NCBI GenBank assembly: GCA_963514005.1 | Contig: OY740792.1 | Location: 36,208,001-36,272,000 of the forward strand | Length of the DNA: 64,000 bases | From: Raja brachyura | Lineage: Eukaryota | Reading direction: 5' to 3' | In this document: in pieces, positions 61,466 to 64,000 of the stretch | How the letters are laid out: each line of letters begins with the position of its first letter | How positions within the stretch are numbered: the stretch's first letter is position 1 | The notes under the pieces: generated by a model | Databases searched by the model: none | What the model saw: the letters and a program-made list of their open reading frames with translations, nothing else | What the model was told of the DNA's origin: nothing | Program-made: the position numbers and the translations under genes

Positions 61466-63489
61466 CTGCAAACATTAGAACAGAGAGGTGGACATAAGCA
61501 ACTGCACAGAGTCATCGTCATACGACGTAGAAATAGGCCCTTCATCTCAGTTTGCTCACGCTGACCGATATGCCCCATCTACACTAAGCCCTCATGCCCG
61601 TATCTCTCGAAACCTTTCCTATCCATGTACCTGTCCAGATGTCAGTTTATAAAACAGAGGTTTGCCTCTCACAAAAGGACACAAAGTGCTGGAGTAACTC
61701 AGCAGCATCTCTGGAGAACATGGACAGGTGACGTTTCAAGTCGGGATCCTTCTTCAGATTCCTCTTTAATATAAATGCGACTGAAAATATGATGTCAACG
61801 TTATTATCTATGGGGGTCACCTTTCAATAAACTGAGGTACCATTAATTGCCTGAAGAAGGTTCCTAACCCAAAAGTCAGCAATCCATGTTCTGCAGACAC
61901 GCTGCCTGTTAATCCAGCGCTTTGTGCCTTTTTGTGACTCTGGGCCTGTTTCCATGGTGTCTTTTTCAATCAATCAATCAATCAATCAAATAATCTTTCA
62001 GAGAGACACAAGGAACTGCAGATGCGAGTTCACAAAAAAATGCACAAAATACTGGTGAACATTGGGCGGTGACACTTCTGGTCGGAACCCTTCTTCAGAA
62101 GTAACCTTTCACATTCGGCACGGTGGTGCAGCGGTAGAGTTGCTGCATTAAGGCTAGAGACCAGGGTTCTGTGTGGAGTTTGCACGTTCTCCCCGTGACT
62201 ATGTGGGTTTTCTCTGGGGGCTTCTGTCTGCTTCCAAAGACGAGCAGGTGTGTAGGGTACTGGACTTTGGTAACAATGGTAAATTGTCCCTAGTGTGTAC
62301 GATAGTGCTAGTGTACAGCTTGATCATTGGTCGGCATGGACCTGGTGGGCTGCAGGGCCTGTTTCCACACTATATCTCTCTAATCTAAACATTTATAATG
62401 CAGCAAAACAGGAAACTTAAGGGTGATGATAGCCAGGATTTGAATAACACCATAAAAACGTTGATAGGCTCTTGCTAGGCAAGGCATTGTGTCTATCTTA
62501 CCCATATTCTCTAGATATGCTCCCAGAGCTGCTGAGTTACTCCAGCACTTTGTGAATCTTGTCTAAAGGCTAATTTAGTAGTTTAGACATGCAGCGTGGA
62601 TACAGGACCATCAGCCACTGAGTCCATGTCAACCAGTGATCACCCCTACACTAGTATTTTCCTACACATTAGGGACATCTTTTACCAAAACCAACTAACC
62701 TACAAACCTGCACGTCTTTGGAGAATGGGAGGAAACTGGAGCACCCAGAGAAAACCCACGTGGTCACAGGGAAAACGTACAAATTCCAGATGGACGCCAT
62801 CCTTAGTCAGGATGGAACCTGGATCTCTGGCGCTGTAGGGCAGCAACTCTACTGCCAAACCACTGTGCCACGACCGTCCTTTCAGAAGGATGCTAGAATG
62901 CCCTTTTCTCTCCAATGGCTTTGCTAAACCACAAAGTGTAAATTGGGAAAACATGCTTCTAACCAGCATTCTTTGCAATGAGAACCATTCATTTATCTTC
63001 ATATAATTAACCATATCGATCCTATTTCAGCACTGCGCAAGGTCAAGGAGTCACTTGCAGTCAACACAAAGGCATTCCATGCTCGCTGAACGTCATGCGA
63101 TGTTGCTAATTATACACAATTACTCGCACACCCAAAATGACGAAGGAAGATCTTTAAGGAAGTTTTCCAAAACTCGATTTTTAGGGCGGCATAGTGGTGC
63201 AGCAGTAGAGGTGCTGCCTTGCAGCGTCAGAGACCTGGATTCCAGCCTGAATGTGGGTGCTGACTGTGCGGAGTTTGTACGTTCACCCTATGACCGTGTA
63301 GGTGTTCTGTGGGTGCACTGGTTTCCTTCCACACTCCAAAGATGTGCGGGTTTGTAGGTTAATTATCTGCTGTAAATTGCACATATTCCTTGTGGGTAGG
63401 GTAGAACTAGTGTATGGGGTGATCGCTGTTTGGCGCAGACTCAGGCCTGATTCTGCGCTGTATCTCTAGAGTCTAAAGGAAGAGATTAC

Positions 63490-63873
63490 CTAGAAGTGTC
63501 ACGGTGACGTGGAGAGGATCGGAAGTCTTCGCTGCTGCGTTGCGCTTTAACCAATTGGTATGTGGGACCCAAACAGAGGCAGCGCAGTAGTAATATCCAC
63601 TGTCTCCTTCGTCAGCTTGTTGCACTCTCAGTCTGTATTCGCTGCCGCTAATCCTGTTTAACATGACAAAGTCCGAGTTGTTGACGATGGCTGCAAGGTT
63701 CATGTACACCAGAAGTTTGCTGCTTTGAGTATCCGTCGGCAGAGATGTGCTGAAATACCAGCCAACCTCAACACTGAAGTCTTCGGCACCAGTTACACTG
63801 CAAACAAGATCAATCTCGCCACCTTTGCTCAACGTGAGGATCCCTCCGCTTGCTGAGACATTTAAAGCCTGGG
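63490..63873 (-). CDS. PTGFRN: PTGFRN exon, Ig domain 3 (gene continues beyond the right edge)
   Basis: GGEIDLVCSV...EVGWYFS...DSGYYYCAASVWVP. Acceptor ttacag, donor gtaat; 384 nt. Confidence 0.9.
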
Positions 63874-64000
63874 CTGTAACACAGAAAACGCATTATTTAG
63901 TAAAAAATTCCTACCCTGCAAAGAGTATTTCAAGCTTGATGAAAGACACCAAGTGCTGGAGTAACTCAGTGGGTCAGGCAGCATCTCTGGAGAACATGGA

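Overview
Repeat-dense vertebrate genomic DNA, most likely a cartilaginous fish (skate/ray), judged from the V-SINE (HE1-type), CR1 and Penelope repeat mix. Two EWI-family Ig-superfamily genes lie in tandem on the minus strand. The first is the 3' half of PTGFRN (Ig domains 3-6, TM/cytoplasmic exon, polyA signal; ~52885-63873). The second is the first four V-type Ig exons of an IGSF3/CD101-like gene (8-10341); its signal-peptide exon was not securely located and it continues off the left edge. All internal Ig exons have canonical GT-AG ends and phase 1-1. The rest is transposon-derived: a ~6.5 kb decayed class I endogenous retrovirus (paired LTRs, tRNA-Pro PBS, gag, no pro/RT/RNaseH/env), non-autonomous Helitrons (one head-to-tail pair, one carrying a Tx1/L1 fragment), DNA-transposon MITEs, nested L1/CR1 insertions, Rex1/Babar LINE fragments and many V-SINEs. 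Many short Penelope-derived elements carry minimal hammerhead ribozyme motifs, some as ~100-190 bp TSD-flanked inserts. Other oddities are an exact 33-bp ectopic copy of a PTGFRN exon end plus donor, a 24-nt candidate micro-exon, and an unexplained Cys/N-glycosylation-rich ORF remnant. I found no clearly novel multi-gene system. Homology statements rest on recalled family motifs, not database searches.
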